A stretch of 64,000 nucleotides of DNA from an uncultured Gemmatimonadales bacterium (GCA_963701965.1 OY969695.1:960001-1024000); one strand, 5' to 3'; numbered from the stretch's first letter, positions 20,347 through 31,388 are shown. Translations and numbers: made by a program. The notes: a model not told the origin generated them from the sequence alone.

Positions 20347-22138
20347 TACGGTCGGCTACATCCGCGTGAGCAAGGAAGAACAGGCAGGAGAAACCAAGAC
20401 GTCCTTGGCCACGCAACGCGCCCAAATCACTGCGCTAGCCGCACGCCTCGGTCGTTCTCTGCCTCCGACGGCCATTTTCGCGGATCCCGGCGTAAGCGGC
20501 CAGACGGCCGAGGGGCGCCCCGCTTTTATGGCCCTCGTCGCCTTTTGCGAGGGTCACAAGCGATCGCGGCGGTCCGAAGGATTCGTCCTCGTCTTAAACG
20601 ACAGCCGCTTCGGACGCTTCCACGATCCGGAGGAGGCGGCCTACTGGAGAATCACGCTCCAACGCCTTGGGTGGATTGTCAGATACGCGGAGAACGACGA
20701 CACCACTGATCCCACGGTGCGCACCCTCATGCGCGCAATCGGGTCATCCACGGCTTCTGCGTATACCGCGCAGCTCCGAGCCAACACCACGCGCGGCAGT
20801 AGAGGCGCGGCAGCACAGGGATTCTGGTGCGGCCGCGCCCCGATCGGATATCGGCGCGTTGCTACCCGCAACGGCCAGGACCCCATCGTCCTGCCGAATG
20901 GCGTCAGGAAAGCGGATGACCAAGTGACACGCCTAACGCTCGGACCAGCGGAGGAGGTTGAACTGGTCCGCTGGATATTCAGCTCATACGCGAGCGGCGC
21001 GGAGTCCCTTCGTTCACTGGCATTGAAGCTTCGCAAACGCCAACCGGATAAAAGGTGGTCCGGACCCGTCGTTCAGAAGCTCCTCCGCAATATGACCTAC
21101 CTCGGTCACGTGATCTGGGGCCGTCGTCCCGGCAACGAGCGTGAACGACGTGAGCTTGGAATACGACCAGAGAGCGAGTGGACTGTGGCACGAGCCGCGC
21201 ATCCCGCAATTATCGACCAGTACTTGTTCGACAGGGTGCAGCAGAGGCTCGCCACAAACAGGCGAACGCTTCGCTCCGTGGTCGGCGGCTACTCCTTGTC
21301 TGGTCTCCTAACGTGCGCACATTGCGGCGTACCTTATTGGGGCGGTGGCGGCTCTATCAATTACAAAGACCCGAGCGACCTCGACCGATACCGGTTCTAT
21401 CGGCACGGGCAGATCGACGACCCAGCCGAGTGTGTTGGGCAACGCGGCACCCTGAAACGGCGCCTGGTCGAACCGGCGGTCGTCGAGGCGGTGGCGGCAG
21501 CCGTGGAGAAGCCTGTGGTCCGCAAGGCCATCGCCGACGCACTGGATGCGGCGCTGGCAAGCCGGAAACGCGGCGCGACGGGGCGGGCTGACCGTCTGCA
21601 AGCGCGGCAGGCTCAGTTGCGGGCAGAACATGCCCGGCTCGTAGCTGCTGTCTCCAGGGGCGTCCTCGACGATTCAGACGCGCGCGATGGCCTCGCCAAG
21701 CTCCGGGCCGAGGAGGCCGACATCGCGGCCCAATTGGAGCAGGTACGCTTCGGGGATCGCGCCGCGACCCGCTTTCGCACAGAACGCAGCGAATTGCTCG
21801 CCTTTGCCTCAGATTTTCGCAGCCGGGCGAGTCAGGTGTCAGGTCTGGCATTGCGCGAGCTGCTGCGGCCTTGGATTGCCAGCGCCACAGTCGATCGAGA
21901 GTCGCATTTTATCGACCTGGCGATTCGGAAGGTGCCGGCGGCCGGTCCATTTTTACCGTCGTCGCATTCTGCCGGGGACAGATTCACCGTCATGCGACGG
22001 GGAGGGACGGTGAAATCCGAGTTCACGAGCGCGGCGTTGACGCGCTCGCGGCTTTCCTTCACGGCGTTCGTCGGCAGACCGACAATGGTCCAACTGGGAA
22101 GGCCGAGGGCGGCGTCGACTTCGACGACGACCTCGTAG
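20288..22138 (+). CDS. Large serine recombinase (integrase)
   Basis: GYIRVS catalytic Ser, GRPAF, SRFGR, APIGY, HPAIID, zinc ribbon LSGLLTCAHCG, coiled coil; ATG after GGGGAG. Confidence 0.93.
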   Translation: MQRTTAVPAAVPTLPDPATDTVGYIRVSKEEQAGETKTSLATQRAQITALAARLGRSLPPTAIFADPGVSGQTAEGRPAFMALVAFCEGHKRSRRSEGFVLVLNDSRFGRFHDPEEAAYWRITLQRLGWIVRYAENDDTTDPTVRTLMRAIGSSTASAYTAQLRANTTRGSRGAAAQGFWCGRAPIGYRRVATRNGQDPIVLPNGVRKADDQVTRLTLGPAEEVELVRWIFSSYASGAESLRSLALKLRKRQPDKRWSGPVVQKLLRNMTYLGHVIWGRRPGNERERRELGIRPESEWTVARAAHPAIIDQYLFDRVQQRLATNRRTLRSVVGGYSLSGLLTCAHCGVPYWGGGGSINYKDPSDLDRYRFYRHGQIDDPAECVGQRGTLKRRLVEPAVVEAVAAAVEKPVVRKAIADALDAALASRKRGATGRADRLQARQAQLRAEHARLVAAVSRGVLDDSDARDGLAKLRAEEADIAAQLEQVRFGDRAATRFRTERSELLAFASDFRSRASQVSGLALRELLRPWIASATVDRESHFIDLAIRKVPAAGPFLPSSHSAGDRFTVMRRGGTVKSEFTSAALTRSRLSFTAFVGRPTMVQLGRPRAASTSTTTS

Positions 22139-22182
22139 GCATTGATGCCGTCGACCGCCGCTGACCGTACGCAGGCGTGCAC
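21968..22182 (-). pseudogene. comM: comM/yifB (Mg-chelatase-like AAA+) 5' fragment, interrupted by the ICE
   Basis: VRSAAVDGINAYEVVVEVDAALGLPSWTIVGLPTNAVKESRERVNAALVNSDFTVPPRRMTVNLSPA, after which similarity ends. Confidence 0.9.
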
Positions 22183-22219
22183 GCCGCCAGCATAGCGGCG
22201 CGCTCCGGTCACCCCATCA

Positions 22220-23476
22220 TCATCGCGCGACGAGGATAGGCCAGAGTGGTCCGATGTCGCCGTCGATCGGCCCGGTCTTCAGTCCGAGGATGTGCGCGAT
22301 CAGCGGATAGACGTCGATGTTCTGGAACGACGGGACCGTGACGCCGTGCTTGATCTGCGGGCCGGCGGCGAAGAAGCTCGCCTTCATCTCCGGGATCTTC
22401 GCCGGATCGAAGCCGTGGGCGCCGACCTCGTGGGGGCGTGATTGAGTCGGCGTCACGACGCGGACCAGGTACGGACCGTTCGTGACGACCATGGGATCGC
22501 CGGAGCGCGCATTGGCGTCGTCGTGGAGCCACGCGGGGAGCTCGGCGCGACGCACGACGGTGAACTTGTCGCTGGCATGGGCGAGCGCGGCCACGATATG
22601 GGCCGCGTCGCTATCGGAGCGCGCGTACATCAATGGGCCGTTGGTCTTGTCGACATGGGACGCGATGTCGGGCTCGAACTGATCGAGGCTGATCCAGTCA
22701 CCCTCGACCGTGACCATGCCGTGATCGGCCACGACGACCAGATCAATCGGGAGATGGAGGGCGGTGAGCGCCGAGTCCAGCGTGCCAATGTTCTGGTCCA
22801 GCGCATGGACGGCTTCGGCCAGCTGCGGGCTGTCCGGACCATAGGCGTGGCCGGCGTCGTCCGCGTCCGACATGTACAGCGTGATGAAGTGCGGGCGCTG
22901 ATCCGGCGGGAGGCGCAGCCAGTCGATGACCTGTCGGACGCGCGCCGGGTTTGGGACCTTCTTGTCGTACTTGAGATAGTACGAGGGCCGCACCCCCTGG
23001 ATCGCGGCTTCCGACCCCGGCCAGAAGAAATCCGCGGCGCGCATACCCTGTTGCTCGGCCAAGACCCAGAGCGGCGTGCCCGCATACCAACTGCCATCGG
23101 TCACGGTCGTCGAGTCGCCCAAGCTGTAACTCTGGTGGCGCGCCGGATCGTAGAACGAGTTGGCGACGATGCCGTCGTGCTCCGGGTAGAGACCGGTGAC
23201 GATCGCGTAGTGGTTGGGGAACGTCAGCGACGGGTACACGGGGATCATTCCGTTCGGCGCGCTCGCCCCGCGCGCCGCGATGGCCGTCAGGTGCGTCGCG
23301 TGGTAGCGCGCGGCATAGTCGTAGCGAAACCCATCCAGCGATACCAACACGACGTAGGGCTTGGACCGGGCCGACACCGAGTTCGGCGCGTTGGGCGCCG
23401 TGAGGACAGGAACAGTCTGAGCCGGGCAGGGCGCCGCCGCGAGGAGCGCCACTGGGAGGAAGAGGGCGCGAAGCAT
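22220..23476 (-). CDS. Secreted nucleotide pyrophosphatase/phosphodiesterase (alkaline phosphatase superfamily)
   Basis: VSLDGFRYDY, PSLTFPNHYAIVTGLYPEHDGI, VVADHGM, HGFDP. Confidence 0.92.
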   Translation of the reverse strand: MLRALFLPVALLAAAPCPAQTVPVLTAPNAPNSVSARSKPYVVLVSLDGFRYDYAARYHATHLTAIAARGASAPNGMIPVYPSLTFPNHYAIVTGLYPEHDGIVANSFYDPARHQSYSLGDSTTVTDGSWYAGTPLWVLAEQQGMRAADFFWPGSEAAIQGVRPSYYLKYDKKVPNPARVRQVIDWLRLPPDQRPHFITLYMSDADDAGHAYGPDSPQLAEAVHALDQNIGTLDSALTALHLPIDLVVVADHGMVTVEGDWISLDQFEPDIASHVDKTNGPLMYARSDSDAAHIVAALAHASDKFTVVRRAELPAWLHDDANARSGDPMVVTNGPYLVRVVTPTQSRPHEVGAHGFDPAKIPEMKASFFAAGPQIKHGVTVPSFQNIDVYPLIAHILGLKTGPIDGDIGPLWPILVAR

Positions 23477-23572
23477 GGGGAACGGATAGCCACGCGCCGT
23501 TCGGCGCGCAGCCGGACGTCCTCCCTGTTGCCAGGTCGTGACCGGCGTAGCGGCGACGGTCTATCTTTGTAA

Positions 23573-24215
23573 ATGGCCGATCAATTCGACGTGCAGGCGC
23601 TCATCGTCACGCAGGAGCTGCCGGTGCGGGCCGAGCGACTCGAAGGCGACCGCGCGCCCGAGTCCCTCCGGCCCGGTACGGTCTGCCTCGGCCTCTTCCT
23701 CGGACCCCAACTCGTCTCCCGTTTCGAGGTGGACCTGGAAGACGAGGAGGCCATCGGGCGCAAGGGATTCTTCGGCGAGCCCCGCCGGCTCGTGCTTTAC
23801 GGCATGGCCTATCCGCCCGGCGTGCAAGGCCGGCTCATGGCCCTCATCCCCGAGACCCTGATCGCGGACGCCGAACCCTGGGAAGCGGACAGCCAGTCGT
23901 ACGAGCGAGAGACGTCCGACCAGGGCGAAGGGCCGCTCGCCGAGTTGCTGGCCGGCATGCGGCAGTTGCCCGTCGGGGACCTCGTGCGCTATGACGCCAT
24001 GCGCAAATTCCCGGACGACCTCGCGGCGGAGTTAGCCGACATGTTGGCCAACGCCGTGCACCGCGGGGCCCAAGACATCGTCGATCACGCCTTGGCCGCC
24101 ATGGAGCACGAGTTCGGCGCCAGTACACACGGCGATGCGCCGAACGACGGAGAAGAGAAAGAGGACGGAAAAGAAGAAGAAGAAGAAAGAAGAAGAAGAA
24201 GAAAAAGACGACTAA
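23573..24215 (+). CDS. Hypothetical protein with acidic tail; apparent +1 slip in a GAA tract
   Basis: Removing one A in the GAA run gives poly-E-KDD and TAA at 24213-24215, overlapping the convergent stop. Confidence 0.6.
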
Positions 24216-24706
24216 GGCCCGATCGAGCGCGCCTGCACCTCTTCGGCCGTCAGGCCGTAGATGGGCGGCGTCGCCACCCCGCGTATGGCGAGCATGAGAT
24301 AGAGCTGCCCGCGGTGGTGGGCCTCATGTTCCAAGTGGGCCCGGAGCCATTTCCAGACCGTGATCGGCGACCCCGCGGGTGTCTGGCACTTCTCCATCAT
24401 GCGCCCATCGCCCAAGCCCGCGAACTGTTCGCGGGCTTGGGCGTGCAGGTGGTCATAGTACGCCAACGTCGCCGGGAACCCCTCGGCCAACCCGGTCCCA
24501 TGCCCGGGATACCGCGTTGGCCGCCCCTGCACCGTCTCGGCGTACATGAACCGCTCGATGCCGGCCAAATGCCGGACCAGGCCGCCCATCGTGAACCATC
24601 CCGCTTTCGGCGCCCACTCGATGTCGCCGGGCGGGATCAGCACGACAATGCGGCGCGTCCGGGCATGGACGCGGTCCAACTGGTCGAGAAACGTCAATAA
24701 TTCCAC
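24212..24706 (-). CDS. DinB/YfiT-family protein
   Basis: GGLVRHLAGIE, HLEHEAHHRGQL. Confidence 0.88.
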   Translation of the reverse strand: MELLTFLDQLDRVHARTRRIVVLIPPGDIEWAPKAGWFTMGGLVRHLAGIERFMYAETVQGRPTRYPGHGTGLAEGFPATLAYYDHLHAQAREQFAGLGDGRMMEKCQTPAGSPITVWKWLRAHLEHEAHHRGQLYLMLAIRGVATPPIYGLTAEEVQARSIGP

Positions 24707-26403
24707 TGTCTCGTATCTTCTCCCCGCGGCGCGTGCTTCGTGATCGCCGCGGCCATCTCGCGGAGGATGCCCGCGTTGTTCGTGTGCTGCCACCCGTGCC
24801 CCTTCTCAGGGCGCCCATAGCGGAACTCCCCGGGCACGTGCGGCGCCTTCGTCGAGTCCAGGAACGCCTCGAGGTCGTACACCGCCAGGTTCAACGAGAA
24901 GTTGTCCATGTCTCCGACATTGACGTGAATCTTGTCGACCAACTGCGGCCCCTCGGTGGCCCAGTGGGCCGCCAGGTACGCCCGCAGGTCGTAGCCGTGA
25001 TCCCGCATGTAGTTCACCACGTCGTGATCGATGTGCCCGGTGCGCTTGTCCCACAGGGGCTTGGGGTAGCCGTCGGCGCCCACCGGCCCATAGACCGCTT
25101 CCCACGCCTCGAACTGCTGCGCCGAGCGCCCATGCGTGCCGAGGACCTCTTCCATCTGGCTGAACTGCTGCTCCGTGATGTACGGCTGTCCGTCGTTGCC
25201 GCGCATGATGATGCGCGACGGATGGAACCAGGGACTGACCGGGCTATTCGGTTCTTCGCCGACCGTGAACGCGTTCGTGTCCGCGTAGGCGTTCACCGCG
25301 TCGTAGTGCCGGAAATCCACGGGATCCGGATACAGCGTCCACGTGCCGCCGAAGAAGTCCGGGTGATAGATCTGCAGCGCGATCGACTCCCAGCCGCCGG
25401 TAGAACCCCCCGTGAGGACCCGGGCGTACGGCTTCGGGATCATGCGGAAATGCGACTCGAGATACGGCACGAGCTCTTTCAGGAGGGCGTCGCCATATGG
25501 GCCGTTGTTCGCCGAATTCACCGCGTACGAGTCATCGAAATACGGCGTCGGATGCTGCCACGTGACCGCGATGAAGCGGGGGAAGTTCGGTCCGTCCCAC
25601 GTGCGATAGAAACCGAAGCCCGGCGTCTGATTGTAATTCGCCATCCGGGCCACCAGCGCGGGCGACGGCGGCGTGCTGTCCGTGGTGAAGCCCAGCGGCG
25701 GGCGCAACCCGAAGTGCCCTTGCTGATACACGACCGGGTAGTGCGCGTTGGGATGTTCATCGTAGCCCTTCGGCAAGAGCACCGTGGCGCCGAGAAAGAC
25801 CGGATGGCCCCAGAAGTCCGACAGCATCTTGCTCTGGATCTTGATGTGCTTCACCCACTTCGTGTCCTCCGGCATCGTGACCGCCGGCAGCGCACGGCTC
25901 AACGCCACGTGGACGCGGTAGCCCGCGGTGGGGTCCAGGTGGACCCGCTGCACGGCGCTCACCAGGTTGCCCGGGGACGTCGAGAAGTGCTGGCCTTCCC
26001 ACTGGTCCATGTGACCCCAGATCGTGTGGCCATCGGATCGCTTGAATTGCGTATAGACGTTGAAGATCGCTTGGACGTAGTAGTCCCCTGGCGGAACGTT
26101 CCGCAGCGACGACATCGGGAACCCGAGCGTCGTGTCGGTGACGAGGGCCGGCTGATCCGGCTTGAGCTCACTGACGTCCGCGCCGAACGTCGCGACCTCC
26201 GTCCCGAATCCGCCGAGGCGCTCGCGCGGCTCCGGCGTGGAATCGTGCGTGATCAACACGAACACGCGGCCCGTGATCGGTTCGGCGTGCAACGATTGCG
26301 GAAACGTGACGGCGACCTCGAGCGGGGCGGCGTCGGTCTGCGTGCGGCAGGCGAGCGCCAGTGCACTCGCGGCGATGACTACGGCGGCGCGATAGGGTCT
26401 CAT
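24694..26403 (-). CDS. Secreted alpha/beta-hydrolase (putative esterase)
   Basis: Lipoprotein-like signal; GGSTGG nucleophile elbow, GDMD, HGW. Confidence 0.82.
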   Translation of the reverse strand: MRPYRAAVVIAASALALACRTQTDAAPLEVAVTFPQSLHAEPITGRVFVLITHDSTPEPRERLGGFGTEVATFGADVSELKPDQPALVTDTTLGFPMSSLRNVPPGDYYVQAIFNVYTQFKRSDGHTIWGHMDQWEGQHFSTSPGNLVSAVQRVHLDPTAGYRVHVALSRALPAVTMPEDTKWVKHIKIQSKMLSDFWGHPVFLGATVLLPKGYDEHPNAHYPVVYQQGHFGLRPPLGFTTDSTPPSPALVARMANYNQTPGFGFYRTWDGPNFPRFIAVTWQHPTPYFDDSYAVNSANNGPYGDALLKELVPYLESHFRMIPKPYARVLTGGSTGGWESIALQIYHPDFFGGTWTLYPDPVDFRHYDAVNAYADTNAFTVGEEPNSPVSPWFHPSRIIMRGNDGQPYITEQQFSQMEEVLGTHGRSAQQFEAWEAVYGPVGADGYPKPLWDKRTGHIDHDVVNYMRDHGYDLRAYLAAHWATEGPQLVDKIHVNVGDMDNFSLNLAVYDLEAFLDSTKAPHVPGEFRYGRPEKGHGWQHTNNAGILREMAAAITKHAPRGEDTRQWNY

Positions 26404-26475
26404 GTAGCGCAAGGTATGCGAAACGGACGTGGTCGCCACTGGCACGTATCGCCGACCGCCGCCAAGCTACAACAT

Positions 26476-27231
26476 ATGACGCCATGGGTCCGGCGACTTC
26501 TCGTCGCCAATATCGTGATGTACGGGTTGCAGAACGTCGTGCCGTCGGTCACGCCGGCGCTCGAGTTCGTACCGGCCGCCGTGTTTCTGCGTCCGTGGAC
26601 CATCATCACCTACATGTTCCTGCACGGCAGCATCACCCACATCCTGTTCAACATGCTGGCGCTGTACTGGTTTGGCTCCCGGGTCGAGGAGCGGCTGGGC
26701 GGCCGGCAGTTCATCACCCTGTATTTCTCGAGCGGCATCGGCGGCGGCCTCCTCTCCGTCGTCCTGGCGCCGATGGCACCCATCATCGGCGCCTCCGGGG
26801 CCATCATGGGCGTGATGGTGGCGTATGCGAAGTACTGGCCGCGCGAGCGCATTTACATCTGGGGGGTCCTCCCGATCGAGGCGTGGATGCTCGTCGTCGG
26901 GTACGTGCTCTTCGACCTGGCCGGATTCGGCGCCAACGTCGCGCACTTCGCGCACCTGGGCGGCGTGGCCACGGGATTCCTGTACTTGTCGTGGACGGAG
27001 TGGCGCTCCCCCGCGCGGGCGTTTCGCCGGCGCGTCGGCGGCCCGGTGGTGGCGCGCCCCAGCCCCAACGGCGACCAACTCAAAAAATGGCGCGAGATCC
27101 GGCTCGACGATCTCCACCCCATCAACCGGGACGAGATCGTGCGGCTCCTGCAGAAAGCGCAGGCCCAGGGCGCGAAGAGCTTGACGCCCGAAGAGCGCGC
27201 CACCCTCAACCGGTTCGCCGGGATCTCCTAG
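26476..27231 (+). CDS. Rhomboid intramembrane serine protease
   Basis: MFLHGSITHILFNM, GASG, AHFAHLGG. Confidence 0.92.
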   Translation: MTPWVRRLLVANIVMYGLQNVVPSVTPALEFVPAAVFLRPWTIITYMFLHGSITHILFNMLALYWFGSRVEERLGGRQFITLYFSSGIGGGLLSVVLAPMAPIIGASGAIMGVMVAYAKYWPRERIYIWGVLPIEAWMLVVGYVLFDLAGFGANVAHFAHLGGVATGFLYLSWTEWRSPARAFRRRVGGPVVARPSPNGDQLKKWREIRLDDLHPINRDEIVRLLQKAQAQGAKSLTPEERATLNRFAGIS

Positions 27232-27235
27232 TCGC

Positions 27236-27793
27236 ATGCGCATCCGCGGATGCGACGTCGTCGTGGAGAACACGCGCCCGGACATTGAGACCGCGTTCGT
27301 GGTGGCGCGCTTCGACGCCGCGTTGGCGCTCATGGAGCGCTACCAACCGTGGCGGCTCCGCCACGTGCGTCGCGACATCGCGCATTTCTGGATCGTCGCC
27401 TACCCGTGCCGCGGCGCGTATTTCCCGGCCCAACGCGTGATCATGACGGAGCTGAGCTTCCTGGCGCGGGCCGCCGAGTTCTCGCCGGCCGTCATTGCGT
27501 CCTCGATCCTTCACGAAGGCGTACACGCGCGCGTGCACCGCATGCGCGAGCGCCTCGGTCTTCTCGCCCGCCGCACGGACCCGGCGCGCGAGGAGCGCCT
27601 CTGCCGCCGCGCCGAGCTGGCGTTCGGCCTGGCGCTCCCGCGCGATGTGGGCGCGCCGGTCGTGGAGCGGGCCGCCGCGTCGCTGGCGCTCGACGACGCC
27701 GACGTGGCGCCGGTCATCGATTGGGACGCGGCCCACGCCGCCAAGTCCCGCGAGCAGCGCGCGGCCGTCGACGCCTGGCGCCGGAGCCGCTAG
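27236..27793 (+). CDS. Hypothetical protein with HExxH motif
   Basis: ILHEGVH plus downstream EE; operon-like spacing. Confidence 0.65.
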   Translation: MRIRGCDVVVENTRPDIETAFVVARFDAALALMERYQPWRLRHVRRDIAHFWIVAYPCRGAYFPAQRVIMTELSFLARAAEFSPAVIASSILHEGVHARVHRMRERLGLLARRTDPAREERLCRRAELAFGLALPRDVGAPVVERAAASLALDDADVAPVIDWDAAHAAKSREQRAAVDAWRRSR

Positions 27794-28572
27794 GGACTCT
27801 CCAGCAGACGCGCCGCAAGCTCGCGCACGATCTTGGCCGCCACCCACGCCGTCGTCCCCAGTGGGTCGACCGACGGGTTGAATTCCACGACGTCGGCGGC
27901 GACCACGCGGGCCTGCACGCTTTGGATCGCGTCGATGAGCTGCCGGGTCGACAAGCCGCCAGGCTCCCGATGCGACACGCCGGGCGCGAACGCGGGGTCG
28001 AGAACGTCCAGATCGACGGAGATATAGAGCGGGTCGTCGAACGACAGCACCCGGCCGTCGCGCCACTCGCGCATGGTCACCACTTCCACGCCGAACCGCT
28101 CCGCCTGCGCGCGCTGGTGGGCGTTGAGCGTCCGAATGCCGACCTGCACGAGCCGGTCGACCAGGCCGTCTTCCATGATGCGCGCGAACGGACTGCCGTG
28201 CGACAAGCGGTCGCCGTCGAGCGCATCGTACAGGTCGGGATGCGCGTCGAACAGCAGCAGCGCCAGGCGGGGGTAGGCCGGCCGCACGCCGCGCACGAGT
28301 GGGTAGGTGATCGAGTGATCTCCGCCCAGGGCGATCGGCCGCGTCCCGGTGGCGATGAGCGCCGCCATCCGCGCCGCGGCGTCGGGCAGTGCCACGTCGC
28401 CGGCATCGGCGAGCGTGCCCGGCGCGCGCAGATCGACCATCGACTCCGTCCAGCCGTTGGTGGCTTCGGAATGGAGCGTGTGGCGAATCAGCGCGGGCGC
28501 CCCAGCGGAACCGCGCAGGAACGATGACGAGGCGTCGTAGGGCACGCCGAGCATCGTGACGCGGGCCGTCAC
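27790..28572 (-). CDS. Agmatinase/arginase-family ureohydrolase
   Basis: GGDHSIT, DAHPD, SHGSPF, DLDVLDP. Confidence 0.92.
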   Translation of the reverse strand: MTARVTMLGVPYDASSSFLRGSAGAPALIRHTLHSEATNGWTESMVDLRAPGTLADAGDVALPDAAARMAALIATGTRPIALGGDHSITYPLVRGVRPAYPRLALLLFDAHPDLYDALDGDRLSHGSPFARIMEDGLVDRLVQVGIRTLNAHQRAQAERFGVEVVTMREWRDGRVLSFDDPLYISVDLDVLDPAFAPGVSHREPGGLSTRQLIDAIQSVQARVVAADVVEFNPSVDPLGTTAWVAAKIVRELAARLLESP

Positions 28573-31330
28573 CTAGCGATTGTCCGCCAACAGGGGTTGG
28601 AAGCTGGCGACGGGTCGCAGGGGCGCCCACGTCGGGTCGATGCGCAGCCACGCCGGCGTGATGACCTGCGCCGGAATGCGCAGCGCCGTCGCCATGGCCT
28701 GCACCGCGCCGTCACTGTCCCCGGTGATCATGCGGACGCGCGCCAGGTACGTGAAGATCTGGCCGGCCGTGAACGGGTCGCCGCGCATCGGCGCCAGGGC
28801 GATGGCGCGGCTGACCGCGCGGATGGCCTCGTCGTTCCGTCCGCCCATCGCATCGGCCAGCGCCAGCAGGCCGTAGTTGACGCCGTCCGTGGAATCCTCG
28901 GCCACATCACGGGTGGCCGCGACGCGGGCCGAGTCGGCGTAGGCGCGGGCCCTGATCGAGTCGCCCTGGACCTGATACAGGTCGGCGCGCGCCAGCGCCC
29001 AGTCGCCGCGCCCCAGCTGGGTCACGTTCTCGAACGTCTTGAGTGGCGTGCCCAGGACGAGGCGCTGCTCCGAAGGGTCGAGCACCCAGGCGAAGTCCGG
29101 GCCCAACGCCATTTGACAGTAGAGCGCCGTCCGATCGACGCCGGGCGGGGGATCCTGGAGCACGGCGCGCGCGCCGGGCAGATCGCCCGCCATGAGATAC
29201 GTGAGCGTCGTGAAGAAGATGGCGTGCAGGTTGGTCGGATCGATCGCCTCGATCCGCTGCGCGTACCTCCGCGATCGCGGATAGTCGTGGGCGAACGCCG
29301 ACGCCAACGTCGCGCTGAAGAGGAGCGAGATGTCGGCGGGATCGATCGCCAGTCCGCGATCCGCGGCCGCCTGGCTCTCGGCGTACCGCCCCAGCTTGAT
29401 CAGGACCGACGACGAGCGGTTGGCGACCGAGACAGACCGCGGATCCAGCGCCTGCATGCGCTCGAGACGCCGCAGCGCCAGGTCGGGATGGCCGAGGGCC
29501 AGTTCCGCCGTGGCCATGGCGCCGAGCGCCTCGACATCGTTCGGGGTCTGGATCAGCGCCAGCGAGTCCTCCAGGCGCGCCCGTTCCTCGTCGTTGGCCA
29601 CCCGCGAGTAGTATCCGCCGAGCGCCAGATAGGCCTGCGACAGCCCGGGGGACAAGGCCAGCGCGCGATCGGCGTGGGCTTTGATGCGATCCCCGAACTC
29701 TGGCGACGGGTTGTTGCGATACACGCGCGACTCGACCAGCGCCAACCGCGCCCAGGCGCGCGCGAATCCGGAGTCCAGCGTGACCGCCTGCTGAAAGTCG
29801 GCGGTCGCGCGCCGAATCGAGGCAATGTCGACGCCGAGCGTGCGCGGCAAGAGGGCTTCGCCCTGGAGATACGCGTCATACGCGGCGACGTTCGGCGTCG
29901 GCTTGGCGGCCAAGGACGCCCGTTGCCCGGCGCCCAGCGTCACGCCCAATGCTTCGGCCACCTGCTGGGCGATGGCCGTCTGGATGCCGAAGACGTCCGT
30001 GAGCGTGGTGTCGTAGGGCGCCGACCACCGGTCGGTCGAGCTGGAGACGTCGACCAGCTCGGGGTCGACCTGAATGCGTCCGCTGACCCCCGAGGCGTGC
30101 GCCCACCGCACTTTCCCCATCAACAGGTACCGGACGTTCAGCTCCCGGCCGACGTCCTGCAACCGCTTGGCCGTGTGCCGGTATTGGGCGGAACTGCCCG
30201 ACGCGATCACCTCGACGCCCGGCAGCGCCGTGAGCTTGGCGCGAATGGCGTCGGTGAGTCCGTCGGCGAAGTACGCCTGCGTCGAATCACCCAGGTTGTC
30301 GAAGGGCAGCACCGCCAGGCGGACGGGCACAGGCTTCACCTTGTGGAACGCGGTCCACATGGCGGCGATCTCAATGAACGCCAGGGCACCCAAGACGAGC
30401 ATCACGGTCGACGGCCGCCGTCCCGACGCCCGGACCCGGCGCGTCGTCGGGGCCGTCGTCACCGCGGCCGTCTCGTCGACCTCCAACGCCGTGGCGAAAT
30501 CCGCCGCCGAGGAAAACCGGTCGACGGGCAGCGGGGCGAGGGCGCGGCGGATGGCCAAGTCGACGCCCTCGGGCACCGAAGGCCGGGCCCAGCGCACGGA
30601 GGGCACGGCTCCGCTCATCCGCTTGGCGGCGATCGTTTGCGCCGTCGCGCCGGCGAACGGCGGCTCGCCCGCGAGCGCCTCGTAGAGCACCGTGGCCAGC
30701 GTATACACGTCGGAGCGCGCATCGAGCTCGCGCTCGCCCGCGGCCTGCTCGGGACTCATGTAGGCGGGCGTCCCCATGCTCACGCCGGTCTCGGTCAGCG
30801 GGCTCTCGGTGACGCCGGTCGGCGTGAGCACGCGCGCGATCCCGAAATCGGCGATCATGGCGTTCAGGCCCTGATTGGCGTCGCCCGAGAGCAGAATATT
30901 TTCCGGCTTGATGTCGCGGTGGACGACGCCGTGCCGGTGCGCATAGTCGACAGCCAGGGCGACGTCGCGCACGATGCGAATCGCATCGGCCACGCGCAGC
31001 TGCTTCTCCCGCGTCAGCCGGGCGCGGAGGGTTTCTCCGTCGACGTACGGCATCGTGTACCACAGAATGCCCCGTGCCCGTCTCCCCGGAGTCGTAGACG
31101 GACACAATGTGGCTGTGCCTGAGACGCGCCGCGAGCGTGATCTCGCGCCGAAAACGCTCGGCGCCCACGTAGGCGGCGAGGTGCGGATGCAGGACCTTGA
31201 GGGCGACGTGGCGATCGTGCTTCACGTCGCGCGCCAGAAAGACCGTCGCCATACCCCCGCGCCCGAGCTCGCGCTCGATCGTATAAGCCGAGCCCAAGTC
31301 GGATTGGAGTTGCTGGGTCAGGTCGCGCAC
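28573..31330 (-). CDS. Ser/Thr kinase with TM, TolB-N-like and TPR domains; single frameshift near 31072
   Basis: GRGGMATV, VALK, HRDIKPEN, DFG, LAVLPFDNLG; an extra G in a G-run splits the N-lobe from the rest (probably a sequencing error). Confidence 0.88.
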
Positions 31331-31388
31331 GCCGCTAATTTGCTGCTGAGACACAGGTTTCGGGGAGTTCTCGTTTATGTCAACGGCC

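Larger units (their letters stand above)
1..21969. mobile_element. Integrative conjugative element (ICE), right-hand portion, integrated in comM; left end lies outside the window
   Basis: Trb-type T4SS, coupling protein, large serine recombinase and nuclease-like cargo abut a truncated comM 5' fragment; cargo genes look less GC-rich than the backbone (by eye). Confidence 0.85.

Noticed and set aside
24216..24700. C-terminal half of ORF 23573..24700
   Set aside because: Antisense to the DinB-family gene and arises only from the GAA-tract slip
31060..31085. Programmed frameshift in the TPR kinase
   Set aside because: Single extra base in a short G-run with no slippery heptamer; a sequencing error is more parsimonious
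28597..31122. 841-aa plus-strand ORF and similar long ORFs (24733-26475, 43065-44855, 54822-57686, 57304-59760)
   Set aside because: Antisense shadows of motif-bearing genes, expected at this GC content
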